The notes: generated from the sequence alone by a model not told the origin. A DNA stretch of 64,000 nucleotides from Gammaproteobacteria bacterium (GCA_021647505.1 JAKIUN010000001.1:97828-161827), one strand, 5' to 3'. Numbered from the stretch's first letter, positions 28,818 through 37,485 are shown. Numbers and translations: made by a program.

Positions 28818-29720
28818 ATGAAGGCAACCCGAGTCACTCTGGATCAATGGCGTGCCCTGCAAGCTGTGGTCGATTGTGGCGGTTATGCGCAGGCCGCAGC
28901 GCGGCTGCATCGCAGCCAGTCCTCGGTCAGTCACGCGGTGGCACGGATGCAGGATCAGCTGGGGGTGCGCCTGCTGCGCATCGAAGGGCGCAAGGCGCAG
29001 CTGACCGAGATTGGACGTTTACTCCTACAGCAGGCACGGCAGCTGCTCGATGACGCGGCACGGCTGGAATCACAGGCCAGGCAGTTTGAACAGGGCTGGG
29101 AGGTGGAGCTGCGGCTGGTGGTGGATACGGCCTTCCCCACTGCCCTGCTGATGCGGGCACTGCAGCACTTCGTGCCGTTGGGAGGAGGTACGCGAGTGCA
29201 GTTGGAAGAGATGGTGCTGTCCGGTGTGGACGAAGCCTTGCAGATGGGTACGGTGGACATCGCCATTGGCGGGCAGGTGCCGCAAGGTTTTCTTGGCGAT
29301 CCTCTACTGCACATGGAATTCATCGCTGTGGCGCATCCGGCGCACCCACTACATGCCCTTGAACGGCCGCTGAGCGCTGCCGATCTGCGTCGTGAAACCC
29401 AGGTTGTGGTGCGTGATTCCGGCACTGTCCACAAGCGTGATTCGGGCTGGCTGGGGGCAGAGCAGCGTTGGACGGTAGGCGGTCTGGAGACGGCCTTATT
29501 AGCCGTCTGTCACGGACTGGGCTTCGCCTGGCTACCCGATCATCTGATTGCCTCGGCACTCGCCGATGGTCGCCTCAAGCCCTTGCCCCTGCGTGAAGGG
29601 CAGCGCTACTCCGCCTCCCTTTGCCTGATTGTCGCCCACCCGGACCGGCCCGGCCCGGCGGCCCGGGAGCTGTTGCGTATCCTGCGCGAAACAGCGGCTA
29701 CCTGGCCGGCGACGAACTGA
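28818..29720 (+). CDS. LysR-family transcriptional regulator
   Basis: HTH LDQWRALQAVVDCGGYAQAAARLHRSQSSVSHAVARM. Divergent from the yqjG-pirin pair. Confidence 0.9.
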   Translation: MKATRVTLDQWRALQAVVDCGGYAQAAARLHRSQSSVSHAVARMQDQLGVRLLRIEGRKAQLTEIGRLLLQQARQLLDDAARLESQARQFEQGWEVELRLVVDTAFPTALLMRALQHFVPLGGGTRVQLEEMVLSGVDEALQMGTVDIAIGGQVPQGFLGDPLLHMEFIAVAHPAHPLHALERPLSAADLRRETQVVVRDSGTVHKRDSGWLGAEQRWTVGGLETALLAVCHGLGFAWLPDHLIASALADGRLKPLPLREGQRYSASLCLIVAHPDRPGPAARELLRILRETAATWPATN

Positions 29721-29985
29721 TCTCTGTCGATTTCCCAAGCTATATTCGGGTTACATTCCTTAATAGCTCTCATTTGCTAATTAATGGATATTCGAGGGTG
29801 AATGTATTGCTGGTGCTGCCGATAGGATAGGCGTGGACGTGAGCTATCGGCATTCTCCCAAGGGGATATGTCCATGCAATGCCGGGATATCATGACCTTT
29901 ACGCAGGCCGGGCATTGTTTCCGTCTCCGGAAACTGTGGCCAATTCCCCTGCGCCATCGCCACTCTGTGGGGCCAGGATTCGAGC

Positions 29986-30624
29986 TTGGGCGGGATCATG
30001 GCAGGGAAAAATAACAGGAATCAGGGCAGACCGATGATGAAACGTGAAGTACTTGAGAAGAAACTAACGCAACTGAAGGCCAAGCAGCAGTTAATGGAGA
30101 AGGCCTGGAAAGAGGCTGGTAACCGCGAACTGATCCAGTTTTTTGTCGATATCATGCCGCGTACCCTGGATACGGAACGCTGTAGCATCTTCATTCTCGA
30201 CCCAGTGGATGAGAAAGCCTGGCTGCAATGCGGCACAGGTATGAGCGAAAAACAGCTGCAGGTTCCCACCAAGAATTCTATCGTTGGTCGCGTCATCTCC
30301 AGTGGTCAACATGTGGTGGAAACCGACCTGCAGGAACAGGTCGGTGTGCACGATGTGGTGGCGGTAAAAACCGGCTTTATCACCCGCAATGCCCTGTGCG
30401 TGCCGGTGCATGGCGTGACAACAAAAAAGATCGTCGGGGCCATCCAGGTGCTGAACAAGAACAATGGCATGTTCGATGATGAAGACCGTAAGACTCTTGA
30501 ACGCCTGGCCTTCCACCTGGAAATGAACATCGAAAATATCTACCTGCGCCAGGAGCTGGCGAAGATCTCGCTGGAAATGGGTAAGAAAATCCGGTTATTG
30601 GAAAGAAAGCTGGGGATCAAATAA
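29986..30624 (+). CDS. GAF-domain protein
   Basis: Coiled-coil N-terminus followed by a GAF-like core (ERCSIFILDPVDEKAWL...IVGRVISSGQHV...ALCVPV...GAIQVLNK). TTG 29986 or ATG 29998 as start. First gene of the low-GC island. Confidence 0.7.
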   Translation: MGGIMAGKNNRNQGRPMMKREVLEKKLTQLKAKQQLMEKAWKEAGNRELIQFFVDIMPRTLDTERCSIFILDPVDEKAWLQCGTGMSEKQLQVPTKNSIVGRVISSGQHVVETDLQEQVGVHDVVAVKTGFITRNALCVPVHGVTTKKIVGAIQVLNKNNGMFDDEDRKTLERLAFHLEMNIENIYLRQELAKISLEMGKKIRLLERKLGIK

Positions 30625-30779
30625 GGGCATGGAAGATCCGTGTACCCATAGACAGCCTCGTTCTCCGTAAACCCATTTTCAGGTGCTCCATACGGGCAAA
30701 TAAGATCATTCTCCCCGGCCTCAAAGCCGTTCATCTTCGACACGTTCAAGGCTCAGATTACGGGTGAAGTGGGAGCGGG

Positions 30780-31778
30780 TTAATTCGCTTTCTCCTCAAA
30801 TATCTCAATATTGGCCTTGCTTCTGAGTTCTTCGATGTGTGCGGCAATCATCTGCGGTTTACGCTGGTTCTGTAAATACCGTTTGATGAAGTCCCTGACT
30901 TCTTCATAAGGTGTTTTCCCGGCTGGCCTTTTATCCATCAGCTTTGCAATGTGGTAACCAAACTGTGTCTCGAATACAGCACTGACCTCACCTTTTTTCA
31001 AAGAAAACACCACCTCGTCAAACGCTGCAGGCATGTAATCTCTCTTGATATACCCAAGATCACCATCGGCCTCAGAGCTGTCGGAGTGTTCTTTGGCAAG
31101 CTCGGCAAAGTCCGCGCCATCAACAATCATCTGTCGTAGTTCCTCGGCCTTTTGATGAATCTTCTCTTTTTCTGCGGGTGCTGTATCTTCTTCAACGCTC
31201 AATAGGATGTGGTTCAGGCGCAGGCTCTCATCCCTTTTGAAAGGCATTTGTTCATAAGCTGAACGTACCTCTTCCTCGGAGATTTGTGGAGTAACCAATC
31301 CCTGGTTTTTCAGATACTCATCCATAGTCAGCTTGCGTTTAGTGATTGCCAACATCTGCCCGGCGCTCAGGCTGTAGCTTTTCAGGTAGTCTTGAAAGCG
31401 CTCCTCGGAACCGAGCCTTGTCTGTATGGACTGTAATGTCTCTTCGGCTTTTTCATCGATGTCAGGAATATCGAGGGCCTGTGCCTGGCTTGCCTGATAC
31501 AGAAGCTCCTGTTCAATAACTTTCTTAAGCGCATTCCTCTTTGCAGTACCCGTCGAACCGGCACGTGGATTCTTGTGTTTTCGTAATTCTTTCTGAAACT
31601 CCATCGAAATTTGATACTCAAGAATCGGTGTGCCGTTGACCTTTGCCAAAATCTTTTCGGGCTTCTCCGCAAGCGTTTCCCTCTGTTCATTACATGCCGA
31701 CAAAGTGAGGGCCAGACAGGGCAAAAGCCACATCAAATAGCCTGTCATATTCTGTGTTTTCTTGCTCCATTTAGTCAA
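30780..31778 (-). CDS. Lipoprotein parvulin-type peptidyl-prolyl isomerase (SurA/PpiC-like)
   Basis: Signal peptide plus lipobox (LPCLALTLSAC). Parvulin domain RLNHILLSV...GDLGYIKRDYMPAAFDEVVF...FGYHIAKL. AAGGAG lies 6 nt upstream of TTG 31778; the track start at 31784 and ATG 31748 are alternatives. Confidence 0.85.
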   Translation of the reverse strand: MTKWSKKTQNMTGYLMWLLPCLALTLSACNEQRETLAEKPEKILAKVNGTPILEYQISMEFQKELRKHKNPRAGSTGTAKRNALKKVIEQELLYQASQAQALDIPDIDEKAEETLQSIQTRLGSEERFQDYLKSYSLSAGQMLAITKRKLTMDEYLKNQGLVTPQISEEEVRSAYEQMPFKRDESLRLNHILLSVEEDTAPAEKEKIHQKAEELRQMIVDGADFAELAKEHSDSSEADGDLGYIKRDYMPAAFDEVVFSLKKGEVSAVFETQFGYHIAKLMDKRPAGKTPYEEVRDFIKRYLQNQRKPQMIAAHIEELRSKANIEIFEEKAN

Positions 31779-31795
31779 GGTCAACTCCTTTCATT

Positions 31796-33301
31796 TTAGT
31801 TTAAGATAGTGATATCTGCGAAGGCACCGATGCTACCGAAGGGGACGAAGATAAGTTTGAAAGTGGTGCCGGTGGCATCCAGGTCGAAGGAGACCTGCTG
31901 GGGATAGTCTTCTCCGGGACTGTTGAAAATATGCACCGCCATCAAGTCCATTCTGAGGCGATCATTCTCGACAACCAAGAGGAGCACCGCATCGAGGGAG
32001 TCGTTTTCCAGGGTTATCTGATAGAAAGTATCTTCGAGGGTGGTTGTCTTCAGGCTGTCAGACCATGTTGGCTCTCTCACCAGGCTGATGGATGTGACGG
32101 AAGGGAAGGTGGTGGCTTCACTCACATCTACCAGGCCAAACCCATATTCCTCATCGCGTCCGGGTTTTCCCAGATCTATGGCGGTCATCTGCAGCTGCTG
32201 TCGCACATCCCGATTGTCTATCACCCCGTCACTGTTTACATCACCCACTCCGGCAGCCATTACCAGGGCTGCAGTGCCGGTGACATGGGCGGCGGATTGG
32301 GAGGTGCCGCTCTGTTCGATATAGCCGTTGTATTGGGCCGTGGATCGTATGCCCAGACCTGGGGCCGCCAGTTCAATGGCCGGGTCGATGGGTGTATAGA
32401 ATCCACGTTGATCCGCTGGATCAGTGCCCGTCACAGCGATGACTGAATCATAGGCGCCCGGAAAGGCAGCCGCAGCGCCAAACGTGTTTCCCGCAGCTGC
32501 AATGATCAGTACACCTGCCGCATAGGCGGCATCACAGGCTTCCTGAAGTATTTGCGAGTCGATTCCGGCAAGACTGAGATTGATGATGTCCATGTCGTTT
32601 TCCACCGCCCACTGGATACTGGCGACGATTGTGCCCAGGGTGCCAAAGCCTCCACCGTCCAATGCCTTGACCGCATAGAGTGAAACTTCGGGAGCCACAC
32701 CAACGACACCGGTACCGTTTGCTTCCGCACCGATAATGCCAGCAATGTGAGTGCCATGACTGTTCCAGCTATCGTCCATGGGGTCGTCGTCGTCATAGAT
32801 GAAGTCATAACCGCCGCGGTAATTGGCATCCAGATCTTCGTGGTTGTAATCGATGCCGGTGTCGATCACGGCGACCTTGATTTCCTTGCCGGTAATGCCC
32901 TTGTCATGCGCTACTTTGCTGTCGATATGCTGCACTCCCCAGGCATCCTGATACTCGCTATCTTCAGCAAAGCTTTCAATGGAGAAGGGCTTTTGAATCA
33001 TGGCTATGTACGGCAGTTCTATCGTTGTAACGACTTGGTCTTCCTCCACATAGGCGACAAGTGGATGTTCACGTAACTCGGCCATGGCCTGTTCCGACAA
33101 CTGCGCGACGATGGCGGGAATCAGACGATAGACACGATCAACCGTGCCGCCGGCACGCCGGATAAGCTCCTGTTCGGGCTGTCCCGGTTGCTGATGGAAT
33201 CCGATGATTACTGAATATTCCGCCGTCAAGGCTGTGGCGGAGAAGGTGATGCTCATGAAAAAGAAGGTTGCAGCAGAGATATATTTATTTTTGAAAGTCA
33301 T
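31796..33301 (-). CDS. Secreted subtilisin-family (S8) serine protease with I9 propeptide
   Basis: Signal peptide and an I9-like propeptide (YSVIIGFHQ...VAYVEEDQV). Catalytic triad contexts VAVIDTGIDYNHEDL, HGTHIAGIIG and GTSQSAAHVTG. Ca-loop-like DVNSDGVIDNRD. C-terminal beta-rich extension. Confidence 0.9.
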   Translation of the reverse strand: MTFKNKYISAATFFFMSITFSATALTAEYSVIIGFHQQPGQPEQELIRRAGGTVDRVYRLIPAIVAQLSEQAMAELREHPLVAYVEEDQVVTTIELPYIAMIQKPFSIESFAEDSEYQDAWGVQHIDSKVAHDKGITGKEIKVAVIDTGIDYNHEDLDANYRGGYDFIYDDDDPMDDSWNSHGTHIAGIIGAEANGTGVVGVAPEVSLYAVKALDGGGFGTLGTIVASIQWAVENDMDIINLSLAGIDSQILQEACDAAYAAGVLIIAAAGNTFGAAAAFPGAYDSVIAVTGTDPADQRGFYTPIDPAIELAAPGLGIRSTAQYNGYIEQSGTSQSAAHVTGTAALVMAAGVGDVNSDGVIDNRDVRQQLQMTAIDLGKPGRDEEYGFGLVDVSEATTFPSVTSISLVREPTWSDSLKTTTLEDTFYQITLENDSLDAVLLLVVENDRLRMDLMAVHIFNSPGEDYPQQVSFDLDATGTTFKLIFVPFGSIGAFADITILN

Positions 33302-33434
33302 GGTTCATCCCTGGGTTCAGGTTGTTTAAGGAGAAAAACTAATTGCAAATATTGCCCGGTTATTTGTTGATGTTTTTATGGGTCTCGTCATTCCTTTTGT
33401 GAGGGTTTTGACATCAAAAGGTCAAGGTCAAAGG

Positions 33435-33968
33435 TTATCGGCCACCCATTCCACGACCGTGACAGGCGCGGCAATTACGTTGCCAGAATGTCTCTGTCTG
33501 ATGGTGGACATTGGTGCTCCGCATGGGGCTGCCGGTAATCACATACACCGGATGGCACTGCAGGCAGTCTCTGAAGGGTTTGAGTGTGTAATGTGTCTGT
33601 GTATCATCCCAGATAAACTCGTGGCAGCTTGTGCACTCATAGGGCTCGCCGGGTATTCCGCCCGGGGCATCAGGAGCCTTTGATTGGCTTGGATCCGGAA
33701 TCGGTGTGCCGTTCAGGTGATGATGCCGGTCGGGGTTGGGCATTTGGAGTTGAGGAAACCGCTCCAGGTCTTCGTGACAATTTCGGCATTCCGCTTCGGT
33801 TGGAAATCCTGCGAATATACTCATCATTCCTCCGCCGCCCATTCCTCCGCCGCCCATCCCTCCGCCGCCCATCCCTCCGCCACCCATTCGGGCATGGCCA
33901 TCGGGCGAGTAGGCTGCGCTGACGGCAAGTAGCGATACTGCACAGAGAATCCAATTGAATTTATACAT
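33435..33968 (-). CDS. Tetrahaem c-type cytochrome with N-terminal (GGGGM)4 repeat
   Basis: Signal peptide MYKFNWILCAVSLLAVSAA. Four CxxCH motifs (CRNCH, CTSCH, CLQCH, CRACH). I prefer ATG 33968 with GGGAAG upstream, because the track extension to 34040 runs through a terminator hairpin. Confidence 0.85.
   Translation of the reverse strand: MYKFNWILCAVSLLAVSAAYSPDGHARMGGGGMGGGGMGGGGMGGGGMMSIFAGFPTEAECRNCHEDLERFPQLQMPNPDRHHHLNGTPIPDPSQSKAPDAPGGIPGEPYECTSCHEFIWDDTQTHYTLKPFRDCLQCHPVYVITGSPMRSTNVHHQTETFWQRNCRACHGRGMGGR
33825..33887 (-). repeat. Tandem 15-nt repeat x4 encoding M(GGGGM)4
   Basis: On the plus strand CCTCCGCC(G/A)CCCAT(T/C) is repeated four times head to tail. Confidence 0.9.
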
Positions 33969-34012
33969 TGTGAAGCTTCCCTTTATTTTTTTTGATGTTT
34001 GCTGCCTACATA

Positions 34013-34053
34013 AAAAAAGGGAAGGGGGCGTATTCATCAATGCCCCCTTCCCT
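34013..34053 (-). terminator. Strong intrinsic terminator/attenuator between the octahaem and tetrahaem genes
   Basis: On the minus strand: GGGAAGGGGGC - 12-nt loop - GCCCCCTTCCC (11-bp perfect stem) followed by TTTTTTT. Confidence 0.75.
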
Positions 34054-34097
34054 TGGTATTACCTCCTTTTCATGTTGACAGTCGGTCGTGCCAGTTG

Positions 34098-35588
34098 TCA
34101 GTTACACGAGACCTCTTTGGATGCGCTGCCGAAGATGCTCTCGACTTCCAGACTTCCACAGGCCGTCGTACCGCAATTGGCGACGATTTCACTGTCGCTC
34201 CATGAATCAACGGAGCATGCTGTGGTAGCGATGGTGACGCTGGTACCGGAATCGGCGGCATTCAAATAGGCGCCGAATCCACCGCCAGTAATGGTGAAGC
34301 TACTGCCATCTGCGCTCACCGTATCGATAGTCACCTGGGGCCCTACAAGCAGCGTCATAGGATTACTTATGGTATCCACCCCCTTGACGGCGCGCAGGTA
34401 GTAGTTGCCTGGGCTCAGATCTGCAGGCAGGGTCACCTCCATCTCAGACGGCGAGACGGTCTCTGGCGTCAGCTCAACCGTGGTGCCATCGAGTTCCGTC
34501 AGGCTGACTCTGGACTTCAGTACCATGGTACCCATGAAGGAGAGCACTTCATTGGTCAGGGCTTGGCCACTGACCGTAATGGTTTCCGCAGAACCGGCGG
34601 TGACACGCTGCTTACTCAGTCCCAAAATCTCCGGAACGATGGGGCCAGAGAAAGGCGCAGGCATGCCGGAGGCTGACAGGTAGCCACCATGACAGCCGTG
34701 GCAGTCCTGGGGAGAGCTGCCGACATGACCGAAGAACGGCTCTTCTCCACCGACGGTGACGACGCCATCATCATTGGAATCGAACTGGATATTGTGAATC
34801 GACTTTATGCCATGGCAGTCTTGGCAACGTCGAATTGCCCAGTCTGTGTTCATCTGGTCGTGGCAAATGGTGCAGTCGAGATCCGAAATACCGGGTTGGC
34901 CGATACCTGTGCTGTGATGGTTTATATCGTTTGTGGGTATAAAGCGTCCGGTCACATCGTCGGTACCCTCGTTATGGCAGAAGTCGCAGGCGCCCTCGCC
35001 GTTAGGCCCTTTACCGCTACTGGTGCGCGGCGTGACCAATGTCGGTGTACGACCGATGGGGATGTAGTGGCCATCACCCGGGTTATCAATGCGGGCACCG
35101 TGGCAGTGCATGCAGTTGAGCGCCTGAGCTGGTGCCGTCAGGTGGTGGACGGATGCCTGCCCCGGAATCTGCTGATGGCAGTTCAAACAGTTGGTGAAGT
35201 TGTCGACGATTTCGAAATACCCGACGTCTTCGTTGTACTCAACGATATGGCAATCGAGGCATTGATAGTTTTCGCCCGGTACGCCGAACGGGGAATCCGT
35301 GGGATCCTGAATGACGGTTCCTACCCGAAAATGGTGGCGGTCGGTGATGACTCCCGGTTTGACTTCCGGCGGCGCAAAAGTCCAGCCAATGTCATCCAGG
35401 TCATCCGGGGTCAAGCGGACGGGGATATGGCAATACCAGCAGTTTTCCCTCACCAGGTCGTTGAATACCCCATCCGGAATGCCGATGTTTTGATTTACCG
35501 GGGGGGCCGGTACGTTTGCCAGGGTTGTCGCACTCATTCCTCCTGCCACGATGAGTGCGCATAGTTGGAGTAGCAGTCGCTTAAACAT
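34098..35588 (-). CDS. Octahaem c-type cytochrome with C-terminal IPT/TIG-like Ig-fold repeats
   Basis: Signal peptide MFKRLLLQLCALIVAGGMSATTLA. Eight CxxCH motifs (CWYCH, CLDCH, CLNCH, CMHCH, CDFCH, CTICH, CQDCH, CHGCH) within about 300 aa, plus 9 further His. The C-terminal ~190 aa carry ETITVSGQALTNE, SSFTITGGGFGAY and SWSDSEIV (IPT/TIG-like). AAGGGAGG SD 8 nt upstream. Confidence 0.9.
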   Translation of the reverse strand: MFKRLLLQLCALIVAGGMSATTLANVPAPPVNQNIGIPDGVFNDLVRENCWYCHIPVRLTPDDLDDIGWTFAPPEVKPGVITDRHHFRVGTVIQDPTDSPFGVPGENYQCLDCHIVEYNEDVGYFEIVDNFTNCLNCHQQIPGQASVHHLTAPAQALNCMHCHGARIDNPGDGHYIPIGRTPTLVTPRTSSGKGPNGEGACDFCHNEGTDDVTGRFIPTNDINHHSTGIGQPGISDLDCTICHDQMNTDWAIRRCQDCHGIKSIHNIQFDSNDDGVVTVGGEEPFFGHVGSSPQDCHGCHGGYLSASGMPAPFSGPIVPEILGLSKQRVTAGSAETITVSGQALTNEVLSFMGTMVLKSRVSLTELDGTTVELTPETVSPSEMEVTLPADLSPGNYYLRAVKGVDTISNPMTLLVGPQVTIDTVSADGSSFTITGGGFGAYLNAADSGTSVTIATTACSVDSWSDSEIVANCGTTACGSLEVESIFGSASKEVSCN

Positions 35589-36276
35589 GATCAGTACCTC
35601 CCTTTATCAATCTTACTTTAGCGTTAGCGGTTTTCATGGTCTTTCTTTCCTCACTAGAATCACATTGGTTTGATTTGATTACGTATTACTCGATGTCGCC
35701 ATGCCGTACTGAAGATATGTACTGATTGCACATTTCACGCCATTTTTAATTTTTCCTTTTATGTCAGTCATATATGTCTGGTTATGCTGAGGAGGGCTGT
35801 TCTGAGCACTTAAATGTGTCTCTATATAAATACACCTGTAAGTCATTGGTTTATCATAACGCATTGAAAAATATACAAATGATAATGTCTTTGATTGGCG
35901 ACACCTGCTGAAGAATGATGTACGAGTGGGGGTGATGACTGATACAGGAGTGTGTTAACCAGATGATCATACAGTCGGGAGGTTACAGGCAATATACGGG
36001 GCGGGGGAAAGCGGTGTACAGGCAAGGGGTATGCCTAACTTGGAATGGTGTAAGTTATGCCGAGAATGGGTGCGAGGTAAGCTCAGCTTATGATTGGCAG
36101 GGGATATTTGCGAGCAATATAGGGAATATTTCTGGTTGATTTATCACCCTGACCCATGGCGGAATGACGGGCAAAAATGATTGTTAACACCCTTTAGAGA
36201 CTTTTTTAGGACAGAAGCGATGATAATGATCAGTTTGGGGTGTCCCAAATAAATCGCAGCCCTCTATCGAAACTCT
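35589..36276. other. AT-rich ~690-bp non-coding region (promoter/regulatory head of the cytochrome operon)
   Basis: Only two short ORFs (61 and 60 aa) with implausible composition. Visibly AT-rich compared with the flanks. It is the longest non-coding stretch in the window. Confidence 0.6.
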
Positions 36277-37320
36277 TTACAGATACCATTCTTCAGGCAT
36301 CTCGCAGGAAGGCATGGGCGCAACCTGTTCGCGCCGGGCTTCACTGCCTTTGGGCGTGATCTCCACTTCCACCTGTTCGGCATCACGACCTTTGCTGAAG
36401 CGCGCGGCGATGCGTGCAGCGAGGGCGATATCGTCCGCACCGGGTTGGCCGTCAAGCAGTACCAGCGGGCCGGGATGGCTGAGAGTGCGAATATGGGTGA
36501 ATTGCTTACGGTAGCCCTCAAGGAAATTGTTTTCTCCTTCTTCGCGACCGATGATAAGCTTGAAATTCGGCCGTGGGCGCAGGTGACGTCCCACCTTGAG
36601 CAGCATGATGTCGTCGATTTCGTACTGACGTTCGCCGCGTGCATTCCACAGGTCGGCGAGCTTGTGCGAATAGGCCTCGTCGGTGAGGAAGCAGCAGCCA
36701 CCGGAGGGCTGGGCATAGTCTTCGATGCCCATCTCACGGGCCAGGGCTATCTGTGGTTTGCGGCCACGGCCGGAAAATCCGTACAGGTGTTCGCGGTCGA
36801 TCCAGCCCTCGCGTTCAGGCAGGGTCTCGGGCAGGTTCTTGCCACACAGGGGGCGTAGCAGGCGGTCTTCGGCACCGGATTCACGCTGGATCACGGGCAT
36901 GGTGTCACGGCGCTGGGACATGGGCCGCTGACCGACCACCTCGCCGGTGATAATGAAGTCGAAATCATGTTCCTTGATCCACTCGTGGGCCTTGCGCACC
37001 ATGAAACACTTGCAGTCCAGGCAGGGGTTCATGTTCGAACCGTAACCATGCTTGGGGTTGATGACCACGTCCTTGTATTCGTCGATGACATCGACGATGT
37101 GCAACTTGATGCCGAGAGTCTCGGCGACCCACAGGGCGTTGTTACGCTTGGGTTTGGCGCGATCTTTCTTGCGGATGGCGTGGGTATGGCCCTCGACGCA
37201 GAAGCCGGTGAAGAAATTGACCCCCTCGACGTGGATGCCCTGATCCATGATCACGCGGGTGGCGAGCATGGAATCGAGTCCACCGGAAATGAGGGAGAGG
37301 GCCTTGCGCTGTCTGGACAT
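36277..37320 (-). CDS. PP-loop ATPase superfamily protein (ThiI/MnmA-like tRNA sulfurtransferase family)
   Basis: PP-loop LISGGLDSMLA. NPCLDCKCFMVRKA...ITGEVVGQRPMSQRRD resembles the thiolase family. Exact subfamily not resolved. Confidence 0.7.
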   Translation of the reverse strand: MSRQRKALSLISGGLDSMLATRVIMDQGIHVEGVNFFTGFCVEGHTHAIRKKDRAKPKRNNALWVAETLGIKLHIVDVIDEYKDVVINPKHGYGSNMNPCLDCKCFMVRKAHEWIKEHDFDFIITGEVVGQRPMSQRRDTMPVIQRESGAEDRLLRPLCGKNLPETLPEREGWIDREHLYGFSGRGRKPQIALAREMGIEDYAQPSGGCCFLTDEAYSHKLADLWNARGERQYEIDDIMLLKVGRHLRPRPNFKLIIGREEGENNFLEGYRKQFTHIRTLSHPGPLVLLDGQPGADDIALAARIAARFSKGRDAEQVEVEITPKGSEARREQVAPMPSCEMPEEWYL

Positions 37321-37414
37321 GGTCTGCGGGTCGATGAATGGCTGCGAGCCGGCAATTGTAGCCCAAAAATGGGGGGCTGGGCATGTGGCCGGTGCAAAGT
37401 CGGTGTGAGTGGAG

Positions 37415-37485
37415 GCTCTGTAGGCGTGGCCCCTCAGGTCGCGAAGCCCCCCACCATCACCATCACGGCCTGAGGAGCCGCTCCA
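37415..37485. repeat. REP-like element
   Basis: TGTAGGCGTGGCCCCTCAGGTCGCGAAG ... CACGGCCTGAGGAGCCGCTCC contains inverted CCTCAGG/CCTGAGG cores. Same style as the 50107-50172 element. Confidence 0.45.

Noticed and set aside
29815-29852. 8-bp inverted repeat GCCGATAG...CTATCGGC upstream of the GAF gene, considered as a riboswitch or c-di-GMP element
   Set aside because: It has no resemblance to known riboswitch cores that I can recall. The stem is short with a 19-nt loop, which is too weak to call.
33969-34040. N-terminal extension of the tetrahaem ORF (MMNTPPSLFLCRQQTSKKIKGSFT)
   Set aside because: These codons run through the terminator hairpin and U-tract. The signal peptide begins at ATG 33968, which has its own SD.
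34689-35564. 291-aa plus-strand ORF inside the cytochrome locus
   Set aside because: It is antisense to the octahaem gene. The eight CxxCH motifs, signal peptide and SD all support the minus strand.
35679-36025. Two short ORFs (61 and 60 aa) in the AT-rich region
   Set aside because: I saw no SD, the composition is odd, and they overlap each other. I treat them as chance ORFs in AT-rich non-coding DNA.
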